The notes beneath the pieces were generated by a model that searched no databases, was not told the origin of the DNA, and was given only the letters and a program-made list of their open reading frames with translations. This document shows positions 55,954 through 64,000 of a stretch of 64,000 nt of DNA, in pieces. Numbering within the stretch: position 1 is the first letter of the stretch; every line of letters starts with the position of its first letter. This stretch comes from Candidatus Doudnabacteria bacterium. GTDB lineage: Bacteria > Patescibacteriota > Doudnabacteria > UBA920. The stretch covers positions 1,585-65,584 of the forward strand of contig JAHFJH010000003.1 in assembly GCA_023245995.1 (NCBI GenBank), read 5' to 3'. The translations under genes and the position numbers were made by a program.

Positions 55954-56640
55954 ATGGAACCAATTCGCGTGCAAAAATTTTTAAGTGAACGAGGTGTCGC
56001 CTCTAGGCGCAAAGCCGAGGAGTTTATTCGTAGCGGACAGGTAAGCATAAACGGGCGCAGAGCAAAACTTGGGGACAAAATAAATCCCGAAACAGACAAA
56101 ATAACCGTATACGGAAAAGTAGTTGAACATCTGGATGAAAAAATTTATATAGCGCTCAACAAACCAAAAGAATACGTCGTAAGCAAAAGCGACCCGCAAC
56201 ACAGACGGACTATTTTTAAACTCCTGCCCAAAGAACTGCAAAACAAAGTTTGGAATGTAGGTCGTTTAGACTACCATACCGAAGGCCTGCTTATTCTAAC
56301 TAACGACGGAGAACTGACTCAACAACTAGCACACCCATCGAACGAACACGAAAAAGAATATGAAGTGTTGGTAAATATGGCCCCAAATGACGCCCAGCTG
56401 CAACGTCTGCGCGAGGGAGTAGAAATTGCCACGGGTACAACGTATCCGGCAAAAGTAAAAAATAAAGGCACCACCATAAATATTACTATTCATGAAGGCA
56501 AAAAACGCCAAGTTAGACGCATGATAGAAACAGTCGGCCTAAAAGTAAAAAACTTAAAACGCACCCGCATAAATAAACTAAAACTGCCAGATATCCCTCC
56601 CGGACAATATAAGGAAGTACAAAAATCGGATATACTATAA
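55954..56640 (+). CDS. RluB/RsuA-family pseudouridine synthase
   Basis: S4 domain (SRRKAE), LNKP, VGRLDY, EGKKRQVRRM. Confidence 0.95.
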   Translation: MEPIRVQKFLSERGVASRRKAEEFIRSGQVSINGRRAKLGDKINPETDKITVYGKVVEHLDEKIYIALNKPKEYVVSKSDPQHRRTIFKLLPKELQNKVWNVGRLDYHTEGLLILTNDGELTQQLAHPSNEHEKEYEVLVNMAPNDAQLQRLREGVEIATGTTYPAKVKNKGTTINITIHEGKKRQVRRMIETVGLKVKNLKRTRINKLKLPDIPPGQYKEVQKSDIL

Positions 56641-56644
56641 TTTT

Positions 56645-56747
56645 CAAATCTACGAATGAAGACAAAACTACAAATGTCTACGAATAATCCAATACACTAA
56701 TTGTAAGATTTGTAGATATCCGTAAATTTGTTACATTTGTAAATTTG
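56645..56747. repeat. inverted CAAAT/ACGAAT-type array
   Basis: caaatctacgaat..acaaaactacaaatgtctacgaat / attgtaagatttgtagatatccgtaaatttg. Confidence 0.7.
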
Positions 56748-56759
56748 GACCATAAATCT

Positions 56760-57149
56760 ATGAATTTAAACAAAGAAATAAAAACTATACCCTTGCTTAT
56801 AGGACTAACAGCTTGCATGGTGTTAGGCATTATACTTGCGTACTTTTTAGTACCGCACCTGCTACCAAAACAAGTTATAGAGGACACTATAACCATAGGC
56901 GGAAATAAAGTACACAACGAAAACCCAAATAACGTTAATAGCCCTCCACCCAATTTGATTTTACCTTCTAGAGGCACAAGCATAAAACCAACTACGGTAA
57001 CACCAACCGGCACAGACAAACCAAACCAAATATTTTGTGCACAAATAATTACCAAAGGTAAAAATCCTGCCACAGGCGAAATACGTGAGTTTCCCACCCC
57101 CTGCGACGTACCCGAAGGCTGGGAAACATTACCAAGCGGGCTACAATAA
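56760..57149 (+). CDS. membrane-anchored hypothetical protein
   Basis: TM, P/T-rich linker, C-terminal CAQIIT...FPTPCDVPEGW. Confidence 0.75.
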   Translation: MNLNKEIKTIPLLIGLTACMVLGIILAYFLVPHLLPKQVIEDTITIGGNKVHNENPNNVNSPPPNLILPSRGTSIKPTTVTPTGTDKPNQIFCAQIITKGKNPATGEIREFPTPCDVPEGWETLPSGLQ

Positions 57150-57198
57150 AATATTTTACTCACAATACATAATTCTTAATTCATAAATCTGCAACTCT

Positions 57199-58944
57199 AT
57201 GCACTTACTGCTCGAATACTTAAAAAATTATAAAAAAATACTTTTCGGCGCACTGTTACTGGCTGTTGTTAACCAAAGCTTTAGCTTAATAGACCCGCAA
57301 ATTTTTAGACTTATAGTAGACAAGTATGCGTCCAGAGTTAACCAAATCCCACACTCAGAATTTTTGCGTGGCGTGCTCTTGCTACTACTAACATCCATGG
57401 CTACAACTTTTGTTTCTCGTGTAGCTAAAAACTTTCAAGACTACTACGTAAACGTAATTACGCAACGCCTCGGCGCCCGCATGTACAACCACTCGGTAGA
57501 CCATTCTTTCTCGCTCCCCTACGCAATTTTTGAAGACCAACGCAGTGGCGAATTCCTAAACAAACTTCAAAAAGCCAGAGACGACGCTCAGAAGCTAGTA
57601 CAAATAAGCATTAACTCTCTCTTTTTTGCTCTTGTAGGCATAGTGCTGGTGTTAAGCTACGCCTTTTATGTACACTGGCTTGTTGGACTTGTCTATTTCC
57701 TAATTATTCCAAGCCTAGGTACTGCCACCTACTTTATTTCTAAAAAAATTAAAACTTCCCAACAGCGAATAATTTTAGAAACTTCCTCCCTTGCCGGTAG
57801 CACCACGGAAACCTTGCGCAATGTGGAACTAGTGAAGTCTTTAGGTCTTGAGCAACAAGAAATACAAAGACTAAACCATGTCAACCAGCAAATACTAGAC
57901 CTAGAACTTAAAAAAGTACGACTTGTAAGAAAACTTTCTTTCTTGCAAGGTACCATGATAAACGCCCTAAGACTTGCACTCCTGTTCCTTATGCTCTGGC
58001 TCATCTCTACCCGAGCCATTACTCTTGGTGAGTTTTTCTCGCTCTACGTTTACTCTTTCTTCATATTTACCCCACTGGGTGAACTTGGCAACGTAGCTGC
58101 TACTTACCAAGAAACCAAGGCTAGCATGGACCGACTAGACATAATATTAAAAACTCCAAAAGAAGTTAAACCCGAGGGTGCAGTAGAAGTGAGCCATGTA
58201 GAAAACATTAAGTTTGAAAATGTTTCGTTTAAATACAGCTCTAGCACAGACAGTGCTTTAGAAAATGTTTCGTTTAACATAGCCCAAGGCAAAACCGTGG
58301 CTTTTGTTGGACCTTCTGGTTCTGGCAAAACCACAATTATAAAACTTATAGTTGGTTTATATCCGGTTACAAGCGGAAAAATATTTGTAAACGACACAGA
58401 AATGCAGAAACTGGACGCACCATACTACCGCACCCGCTTAGGATTTGTTTCCCAAGATACACAACTTTTTGCTGGTACCATTCGTGAAAACTTGTTATTT
58501 GTAAAACCGGACGCTACAGACAAAGAAGCAACAGATGCTTTAAAGTCTGCCTCGGCGCTACCTATAATAGAGCGCGGAGGGAAAGGACTGGATACCGTAA
58601 TTGGCGAAGGCGGACTAAAACTCTCCGGAGGTGAAAAACAGCGCCTAAGTATTGCTCGTGCCATACTCCGTAACCCAGACCTAATTATTTTTGATGAAGC
58701 TACAAGCGCACTTGACTCACTCACCGAACAAGAAATTACCGACACTATAAAAATTATTAAGGTAGAAAGACCAAACCTTATAACCGTTCTAGTCGCCCAC
58801 CGTCTTTCTACCATAGTACATAGTGACACAGTCTACGTGCTAGAAAAAGGTAAAATTGCCGAATCTGGCTCACATCAAGAGCTTCTAGAAAAACAAGGAT
58901 TGTATGGGGCCTTGTGGCGCCAACAGATTGCAGCAAGAGAGTAA
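57199..58944 (+). CDS. ABC exporter, fused permease-ATPase
   Basis: Six TMs, GPSGSGKT, LSGGEKQR, DEATSALD. Confidence 0.96.
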   Translation: MHLLLEYLKNYKKILFGALLLAVVNQSFSLIDPQIFRLIVDKYASRVNQIPHSEFLRGVLLLLLTSMATTFVSRVAKNFQDYYVNVITQRLGARMYNHSVDHSFSLPYAIFEDQRSGEFLNKLQKARDDAQKLVQISINSLFFALVGIVLVLSYAFYVHWLVGLVYFLIIPSLGTATYFISKKIKTSQQRIILETSSLAGSTTETLRNVELVKSLGLEQQEIQRLNHVNQQILDLELKKVRLVRKLSFLQGTMINALRLALLFLMLWLISTRAITLGEFFSLYVYSFFIFTPLGELGNVAATYQETKASMDRLDIILKTPKEVKPEGAVEVSHVENIKFENVSFKYSSSTDSALENVSFNIAQGKTVAFVGPSGSGKTTIIKLIVGLYPVTSGKIFVNDTEMQKLDAPYYRTRLGFVSQDTQLFAGTIRENLLFVKPDATDKEATDALKSASALPIIERGGKGLDTVIGEGGLKLSGGEKQRLSIARAILRNPDLIIFDEATSALDSLTEQEITDTIKIIKVERPNLITVLVAHRLSTIVHSDTVYVLEKGKIAESGSHQELLEKQGLYGALWRQQIAARE

Positions 58945-58996
58945 ATAATAAAATAATAAATTCAAGCGACAATGAGACTCCATTGTCGCTTTGGCT

Positions 58997-59191
58997 TTAC
59001 AAGAGCTCTTTTTTGCACCATGGACAGTGTGTAATCTTCTCTATCTTTATCGTAAAGGCAAAAATGGCAGCCCTAAACTGTTCTAACCACCAACTATCTT
59101 TATCCTTTAAAATAAGCATGTCCCACTGATCTTCGGGTCTTTGTCTACAGTCATGCTGCTGCCGAATGTTTAGTTCAAACTTTCTATTCAT
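58997..59191 (-). CDS. small putative Zn-binding protein
   Basis: AAGGAGGT SD before ATG 59191; HDC...CPWC. Confidence 0.6.
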   Translation of the reverse strand: MNRKFELNIRQQHDCRQRPEDQWDMLILKDKDSWWLEQFRAAIFAFTIKIEKITHCPWCKKELL

Positions 59192-59322
59192 AGATACCTC
59201 CTTGAAATAACAATATCCTATCACAAAATATAATAACGTATATATAATATGACGCTGATTTATATAATATATGTGTATAAATACTGGTATACTTGACATA
59301 TATAAAGTAGACGTCATAATAT

Positions 59323-60063
59323 ATGACTACTATGAATACAAATGAGCTTTTAGAAAAGGTAGGACTAACAAAAAACCAGGCCATGGTATATACAGCTCTT
59401 TTGAAAATGAAGTCTGCCACCGGCTACGCTTTAGCAAAAAGAACGGGCATGAAACGAGCCACTACATATCTTACGTTAGAAGGTTTGGAGCACGAACGAC
59501 TGGTGCACAAAACCATTCGTAGACAAAAACTTTATTTCACTCCAGAGCCTCCAGATAGTCTTCTCAGAAGTCTGAATAAAAAAACAGAGCTAGTAAAACG
59601 AGCTCTGCCAGAACTTGTACACATATTTAACACAGGTGGACACAAGCCATCACTGGAACTATTTGAGGGAAAAGAAGGAATTAAAGAAGCCCTCGATAGA
59701 ATAATTGACTCTACTACCATAAAATTATTCGGTAGTAGCAAAATAGCCAGTGCTATATACCCAGAGGCATTAGGTGTGTTTATTAAAAGAGTTCAAGAAC
59801 AAAAAATAACAGTTCAAGATATTTTACCTAAAAACTCGGCTGAGAACGAATATATAAAGACTCTTGGTCAATATCAAAACTACCAAATAAGACTATCCGA
59901 GGAAAAGTTACATCCACAAAGTGACTTTGCATTATCTTCAGACAGTTTGTATATTTTTACGTATCAACCAGAAATTTATTGCATCTGTATTAAAAACATT
60001 GATATAGTAAGCATGTTTGAAAAGTTTTTCAATTTAGCCTGGAAATCAGCTACCCAAATCTGA
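59323..60063 (+). CDS. TrmB-family transcriptional regulator
   Basis: GLTKNQAMVYTALL wHTH, RATTY, FEGKEG, FNLAW end. Confidence 0.88.
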   Translation: MTTMNTNELLEKVGLTKNQAMVYTALLKMKSATGYALAKRTGMKRATTYLTLEGLEHERLVHKTIRRQKLYFTPEPPDSLLRSLNKKTELVKRALPELVHIFNTGGHKPSLELFEGKEGIKEALDRIIDSTTIKLFGSSKIASAIYPEALGVFIKRVQEQKITVQDILPKNSAENEYIKTLGQYQNYQIRLSEEKLHPQSDFALSSDSLYIFTYQPEIYCICIKNIDIVSMFEKFFNLAWKSATQI

Positions 60064-60117
60064 TACAAAAAATTGCAGATATTAATCCTGTTTCTACGAA
60101 ATATAAATTGCCATTTA

Positions 60118-60636
60118 CTACTTTTGAGTTTTAATCTTTTCTATTTCGTCTATTAACTTCCCAAGGGTAATCTCAATTTTATCAAGTGATTCTCTGGTCT
60201 GACGGTCTTTAAGTTCTTCTGCGGTTTCGCCTTCAGTAATGTCTTCTACGTCTTCTTGAATTTCGTCAACGTCTTTTTGGACTTCGTCTATGTCTTTCTG
60301 CACTTCATCAATATCTGCCTGAATTTCGTCAACGTCTTTTTGGACTTCTTCCACGTCTTCGGCAATTTCCGCAACGTCTTCCTCTACTTCTTCCAAGCTT
60401 TGCGTATTCCTATTCACCGTCATTTGAATAAATATGGCTAGGTAAATAGCTTCCAATGAAACCACTGTTGTTAATACCAGCAACATTTTTTCAAACGGTA
60501 CACCAAACAATACCAAAACAAAACACAAAATAAATAGTATGCTATGAACAACTAAAGACGAAATAGACCCAACCCACGCAGTAAAACTAACTGCTAACTT
60601 TTCCAGCTTAGATTCATATACTTTTTGCTTTGTCAT
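60118..60636 (-). CDS. DUF1003-like membrane protein with acidic heptad coiled coil
   Basis: WVGS, LTTVVSLEAIYLAIFIQMTVNR, (DVDEIQK)-like repeats. Confidence 0.8.
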   Translation of the reverse strand: MTKQKVYESKLEKLAVSFTAWVGSISSLVVHSILFILCFVLVLFGVPFEKMLLVLTTVVSLEAIYLAIFIQMTVNRNTQSLEEVEEDVAEIAEDVEEVQKDVDEIQADIDEVQKDIDEVQKDVDEIQEDVEDITEGETAEELKDRQTRESLDKIEITLGKLIDEIEKIKTQK

Positions 60637-60868
60637 ACGCACCCTTTCACAGGACAAACAAAAATCAGTACACGCCTTTGGAAAAGACGTACTGCTTTAC
60701 TTATCCTGCATCCTAATCGTGTGCAAAAAATCTCCCTACCGCATGAAATATTTTGCTCCGGTCAGCATGTATTAATCTATTTTAATTATATCACAATACA
60801 TTATACTTGTAAAGAACAATTTTTAAATTTACTGGCAATTTAGGGCTATTTTAGATATACTAAGCCCT

Positions 60869-61840
60869 ATGAACCGAGGTTTTTGGGATACTCTACCAAA
60901 ACCATTTTTTATACTGGCACCAATGTACGACGTCACTGACGCCCCTTTTCGGCGTATTGTAAGTATGTGTGGTGCTCCAAATGTCTGGTTTACAGAGTTT
61001 GTATCTGCAGACGGCCTCACGTCTACAGAAGGACGAGCACGGCTTATGCATCACCTTACAATTAACAAAGGTGAAAAACCTATAGTTGCGCAACTTTTTG
61101 GAGCAAAACCGGAAAAATTTATTGAAGCGGCTGAGCTCCTGACAGAACTTGGGTTCAGTGGCATAGACATAAATATGGGCTGCCCAGACAAGAATATAAT
61201 TAAAAGTGGCTCTTGCGCAGCACTTTTCAAAAATCCAAAATTAGCGCAAGAAATTATTTCAGCTACTAAACAAGGAGCAGGTGGTCTACCAGTCTCTGTA
61301 AAAATTCGAATTGGCGACACAAAAGTAGACTGGGAAGACTGGATTTCAGAACTGTTAGTAGCAAAGCCCGCAGCAATTTCCATACACCTACGCACCAGAA
61401 AAGAAATGTCAAAAGTCCCAGCCCACTGGGAAATAATGAACGACATAGTCCAGTTTATAGGAAAAAATACTAGCGAGGACAATAGGCCACTTGTAATTGG
61501 CAACGGTGATGTACTAACACTTGCACATGCAAAACAAAAAGTGCTAGACACCGGCTGCGACGGGGCTATGATAGGCCGAGGTGTGTTCCAAAATCCTTGG
61601 GTCTTTGCAGAAGACCTTCCAAGCGCGCACTCATTAAAAGAAAAGGTTAAATTGCTAGCACTACATGCTGAACTTTTTGAGCAACACTTTACCGGCATAA
61701 AACCATTTGAACTTCTAAAACGGTTTTATAAAATTTATATTAACGGCTTCGAAGGGGCTGCGGAACTTCGCGAACAACTGTATACTGCAAATAACAGCCA
61801 AGAACTTAAGACTATATTAAATAACCATAAACTACTATAA
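60869..61840 (+). CDS. tRNA-dihydrouridine synthase
   Basis: LAPM, TEFVS, DINMGCP, SVKIRIG, GNGDV, MIGRG. Confidence 0.95.
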   Translation: MNRGFWDTLPKPFFILAPMYDVTDAPFRRIVSMCGAPNVWFTEFVSADGLTSTEGRARLMHHLTINKGEKPIVAQLFGAKPEKFIEAAELLTELGFSGIDINMGCPDKNIIKSGSCAALFKNPKLAQEIISATKQGAGGLPVSVKIRIGDTKVDWEDWISELLVAKPAAISIHLRTRKEMSKVPAHWEIMNDIVQFIGKNTSEDNRPLVIGNGDVLTLAHAKQKVLDTGCDGAMIGRGVFQNPWVFAEDLPSAHSLKEKVKLLALHAELFEQHFTGIKPFELLKRFYKIYINGFEGAAELREQLYTANNSQELKTILNNHKLL

Positions 61841-61843
61841 GTT

Positions 61844-62584
61844 ATGCGCCAAAAATTTTTATTTACTGTTATATTAATACTAGGCATACTTCTCAGCACT
61901 GCATTGTGGATGAACTACGAGCTTAAAACCGAATCTAGCCTGCCCACGCCAACTCCAGTTACCACACACAATACTATAACCACCAACTACCCAGTACACA
62001 CAAATATAACTGCAACAGTATTTTGGGTCGGCGAACCTGTGGGTAACGGCTCCTCAGAAAACAATGCGGTTAGCGCGTGGGATGACGCTTGGCAAAAACA
62101 CTTCGGCTGTTTTGACAACTTCGCAAAAAGAGATGGTTACCTACCGGCTGGTTGCACGCCCAAAGAAAATCCATTTTATTTAGACTTGCCGTACAACGAC
62201 TTTACAGACGCAGGCACTCGAAAACAGGACGTGGCAACAGTTGTGCCTTGGGGTAAAGAAATGCGCGCAGAAGAGTCCCTCATGAAAAACCGCTGGGTTA
62301 AAATTACAAAAAACAACTCAACATGCTATGGCCAAATAGAAGACGCCGGCCCATACGAATACAACGACACTTCCTATGTGTTCGGAAAACAAGACCAACG
62401 ACCGAAGAGCCAAGAAGCAAATAATGCAGGCCTAGATGTGTCCCCCGCCCTGCGTGACTGTCTAAAATTTAACGGACTAAACAACGACGAAAATAAAGTA
62501 AACTGGCAGTTTGTAAACGAGACAGAAGTGCCAGACGGCCCTTGGAAAACTACAGTTACAACAAGCCAAATATTTTGGAAATAA
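61844..62584 (+). CDS. exported hypothetical protein (possible DPBB/RlpA-like fold)
   Basis: Signal/TM, TATVFWVGE, QIEDAGP, GLDVSPA. Confidence 0.65.
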   Translation: MRQKFLFTVILILGILLSTALWMNYELKTESSLPTPTPVTTHNTITTNYPVHTNITATVFWVGEPVGNGSSENNAVSAWDDAWQKHFGCFDNFAKRDGYLPAGCTPKENPFYLDLPYNDFTDAGTRKQDVATVVPWGKEMRAEESLMKNRWVKITKNNSTCYGQIEDAGPYEYNDTSYVFGKQDQRPKSQEANNAGLDVSPALRDCLKFNGLNNDENKVNWQFVNETEVPDGPWKTTVTTSQIFWK

Positions 62585-62608
62585 TTTTTAACTTATTACG
62601 CAGAACAC

Positions 62609-63055
62609 ATGCAACATACTCCCCCATCTATAGCAGAACTCAAACTACTGCGCAGACCTGTTCGCAACGTTAACCAAGAACATATAGAGCATCTTACTCG
62701 CCTAGAACACCTTGCACTTTGGATTACACAACATGTCGGCACTATGGGATTTTTTATAATTATTTTTTGCTGGACAGTTTTTTGGCTTACGTTTAATACA
62801 CTAGCACCAGCTTCTTTGCGTTTCGATCCGTTCCCAGGGTTTGTGTTGTGGCTATTTATTTCTAACATGATACAAATTTTTCTTATGCCACTCATAATGA
62901 TAGGCCAAAATTTGCAAAACCGACACGCGGAAACGCGAGCCGAGGCAGACTTCGAGGTTAACATTCGTGCTGAACGAGAAACCGAAGCAATCCTCCAACA
63001 CCTAGAAATGCAAAACACACTAATTTCCAAAATACTAGAAAAACTGGATAAATAA
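62609..63055 (+). CDS. DUF1003 family membrane protein
   Basis: FDPFP, PLIMIGQN, RAEADFEVN. Confidence 0.88.
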   Translation: MQHTPPSIAELKLLRRPVRNVNQEHIEHLTRLEHLALWITQHVGTMGFFIIIFCWTVFWLTFNTLAPASLRFDPFPGFVLWLFISNMIQIFLMPLIMIGQNLQNRHAETRAEADFEVNIRAERETEAILQHLEMQNTLISKILEKLDK

Positions 63056-63073
63056 TTTTACACCCACTATTCC

Positions 63074-64000
63074 ATGCCCAAATTCGCAAACCCAGACGAA
63101 AAACCAATCGATTACTCAACTTGGCAACTGTTACAAGACACGTGGCGGCGTTTAAAACCATATCGCGGGCAGTTTTTTGTGGCAAGTTTTTTCCGACTAG
63201 CCTCGGACGCAGTATGGCTTTATCCAAGCTACGGCCTTGCGAGTCTTATAAATATTCTTGCTCATGCGCAAACTAACCTTCCCCTAGCTACACATCAGGC
63301 TTGGAAAGTAGTTTGGTTGTGGAGCATAGCCGTAGTCATACGTTTTGGCTGCATGTTCCTTGCAAGAAAAATTGGTTTGTCAATTGCTTCGCGAGTCAAT
63401 GTAGATACTGAAGTTGCAGCACTTAAACACCTTTTTAAAATAGATATAGACTGGCACGAGCGTGAAAACTCAGGGAACAAGATAAAACGCATACAAAGCG
63501 GTGCGGGTAATTTTGATAGAGTTATACAAATTTGGTTTATGAACGTTATAGAAATTTGTGTCAACTTTATTGGTATGACATTTATTATAGCCAAATTTAA
63601 TTTACTTACTGGAGCTATAATGATATTTTTTGCTATAACATACTTTTTACTTTCACGCCGACTAACTCCTTGGGCTGCCCGCAGTGCATACGCTGTAAAT
63701 GCACAGGAAGAAACCATGACGGGCTTAGAATTTCAAGTGGTAAACAATATACGCACTGTAAAAGTTCTTGCTATGGGTGACTCTCTCATGGAAACCCTGC
63801 GCGAACAAGGAGAAGCCTTGTATAAAAAAATTAAAGAACGTATTTTTCGTTTTCAAACTAGGACAAACATATTGCCCATATGGGCGCACATAGTGCGTAC
63901 AGCAGCGGTGATATATGTAATAAAAGGTATTTTACACGGTCAGTTTGAAGTTGGCTTTCTTTTTCTGTTCAGTAGTTATTTCAGCATTATATGGCAATCC
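63074..64000 (+). CDS. ABC exporter transmembrane domain, 5' part (runs off window)
   Basis: Manual translation from ATG 63074: MPKFANPD...LKPYRGQF...WHERENSGNKIKRI...NNIRTVK. Confidence 0.8.
   Translation, partial: MPKFANPDEKPIDYSTWQLLQDTWRRLKPYRGQFFVASFFRLASDAVWLYPSYGLASLINILAHAQTNLPLATHQAWKVVWLWSIAVVIRFGCMFLARKIGLSIASRVNVDTEVAALKHLFKIDIDWHERENSGNKIKRIQSGAGNFDRVIQIWFMNVIEICVNFIGMTFIIAKFNLLTGAIMIFFAITYFLLSRRLTPWAARSAYAVNAQEETMTGLEFQVVNNIRTVKVLAMGDSLMETLREQGEALYKKIKERIFRFQTRTNILPIWAHIVRTAAVIYVIKGILHGQFEVGFLFLFSSYFSIIWQS

Noticed and set aside
1-64000. CRISPR array, rRNA, IS transposase or prophage
   Set aside because: No regularly spaced repeat-spacer units, rRNA-like tracts, transposase motifs or phage structural genes seen

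Overview
This is a 64-kb chromosomal segment from a small-genome bacterium using genetic code 11. Gene content and style suggest Patescibacteria/CPR (inference). It is mostly housekeeping genes: a split str cluster (rpsL-rpsG-fusA // tuf), rpmB, a class A PBP, parB, uppP, glyA, leuS, tatD, metG, nfo, ilvE, glyQS, tgt, pnp, rpsO, a Xer-type recombinase, an RluB-like synthase, a Dus enzyme, ABC transporters and four intact tRNAs (Pro-GGG, Leu-CAA, Arg-GCG, Arg-TCT). Six observations stand out. (1) A very small glycyl T-box riboswitch: its 29-nt Stem I shows the GGC specifier in a hexaloop, and there is no Stem II. (2) An EF-G with both guanine-specificity motifs rewritten (G4 NKxD to NKIN, G5 GSAxK to GGDNR). 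(3) Short palindromic elements inserted into translation-gene leaders, into the D-arm and anticodon loop of a tRNA-Pro copy, and in-frame into tgt, alongside two tRNA-linked, decaying GIY-YIG nuclease genes. (4) Heptamer arrays, both as inverted intergenic pairs and in-frame inside essential proteins. (5) An orphan RHS toxin-immunity module in frame with tgt and separated from it by one stop codon. (6) A duplicated 3' end of the Xer recombinase gene bracketing a yvcK-like gene. No CRISPR array, rRNA or IS transposase was seen. All family calls come from reading motifs, not from database searches.
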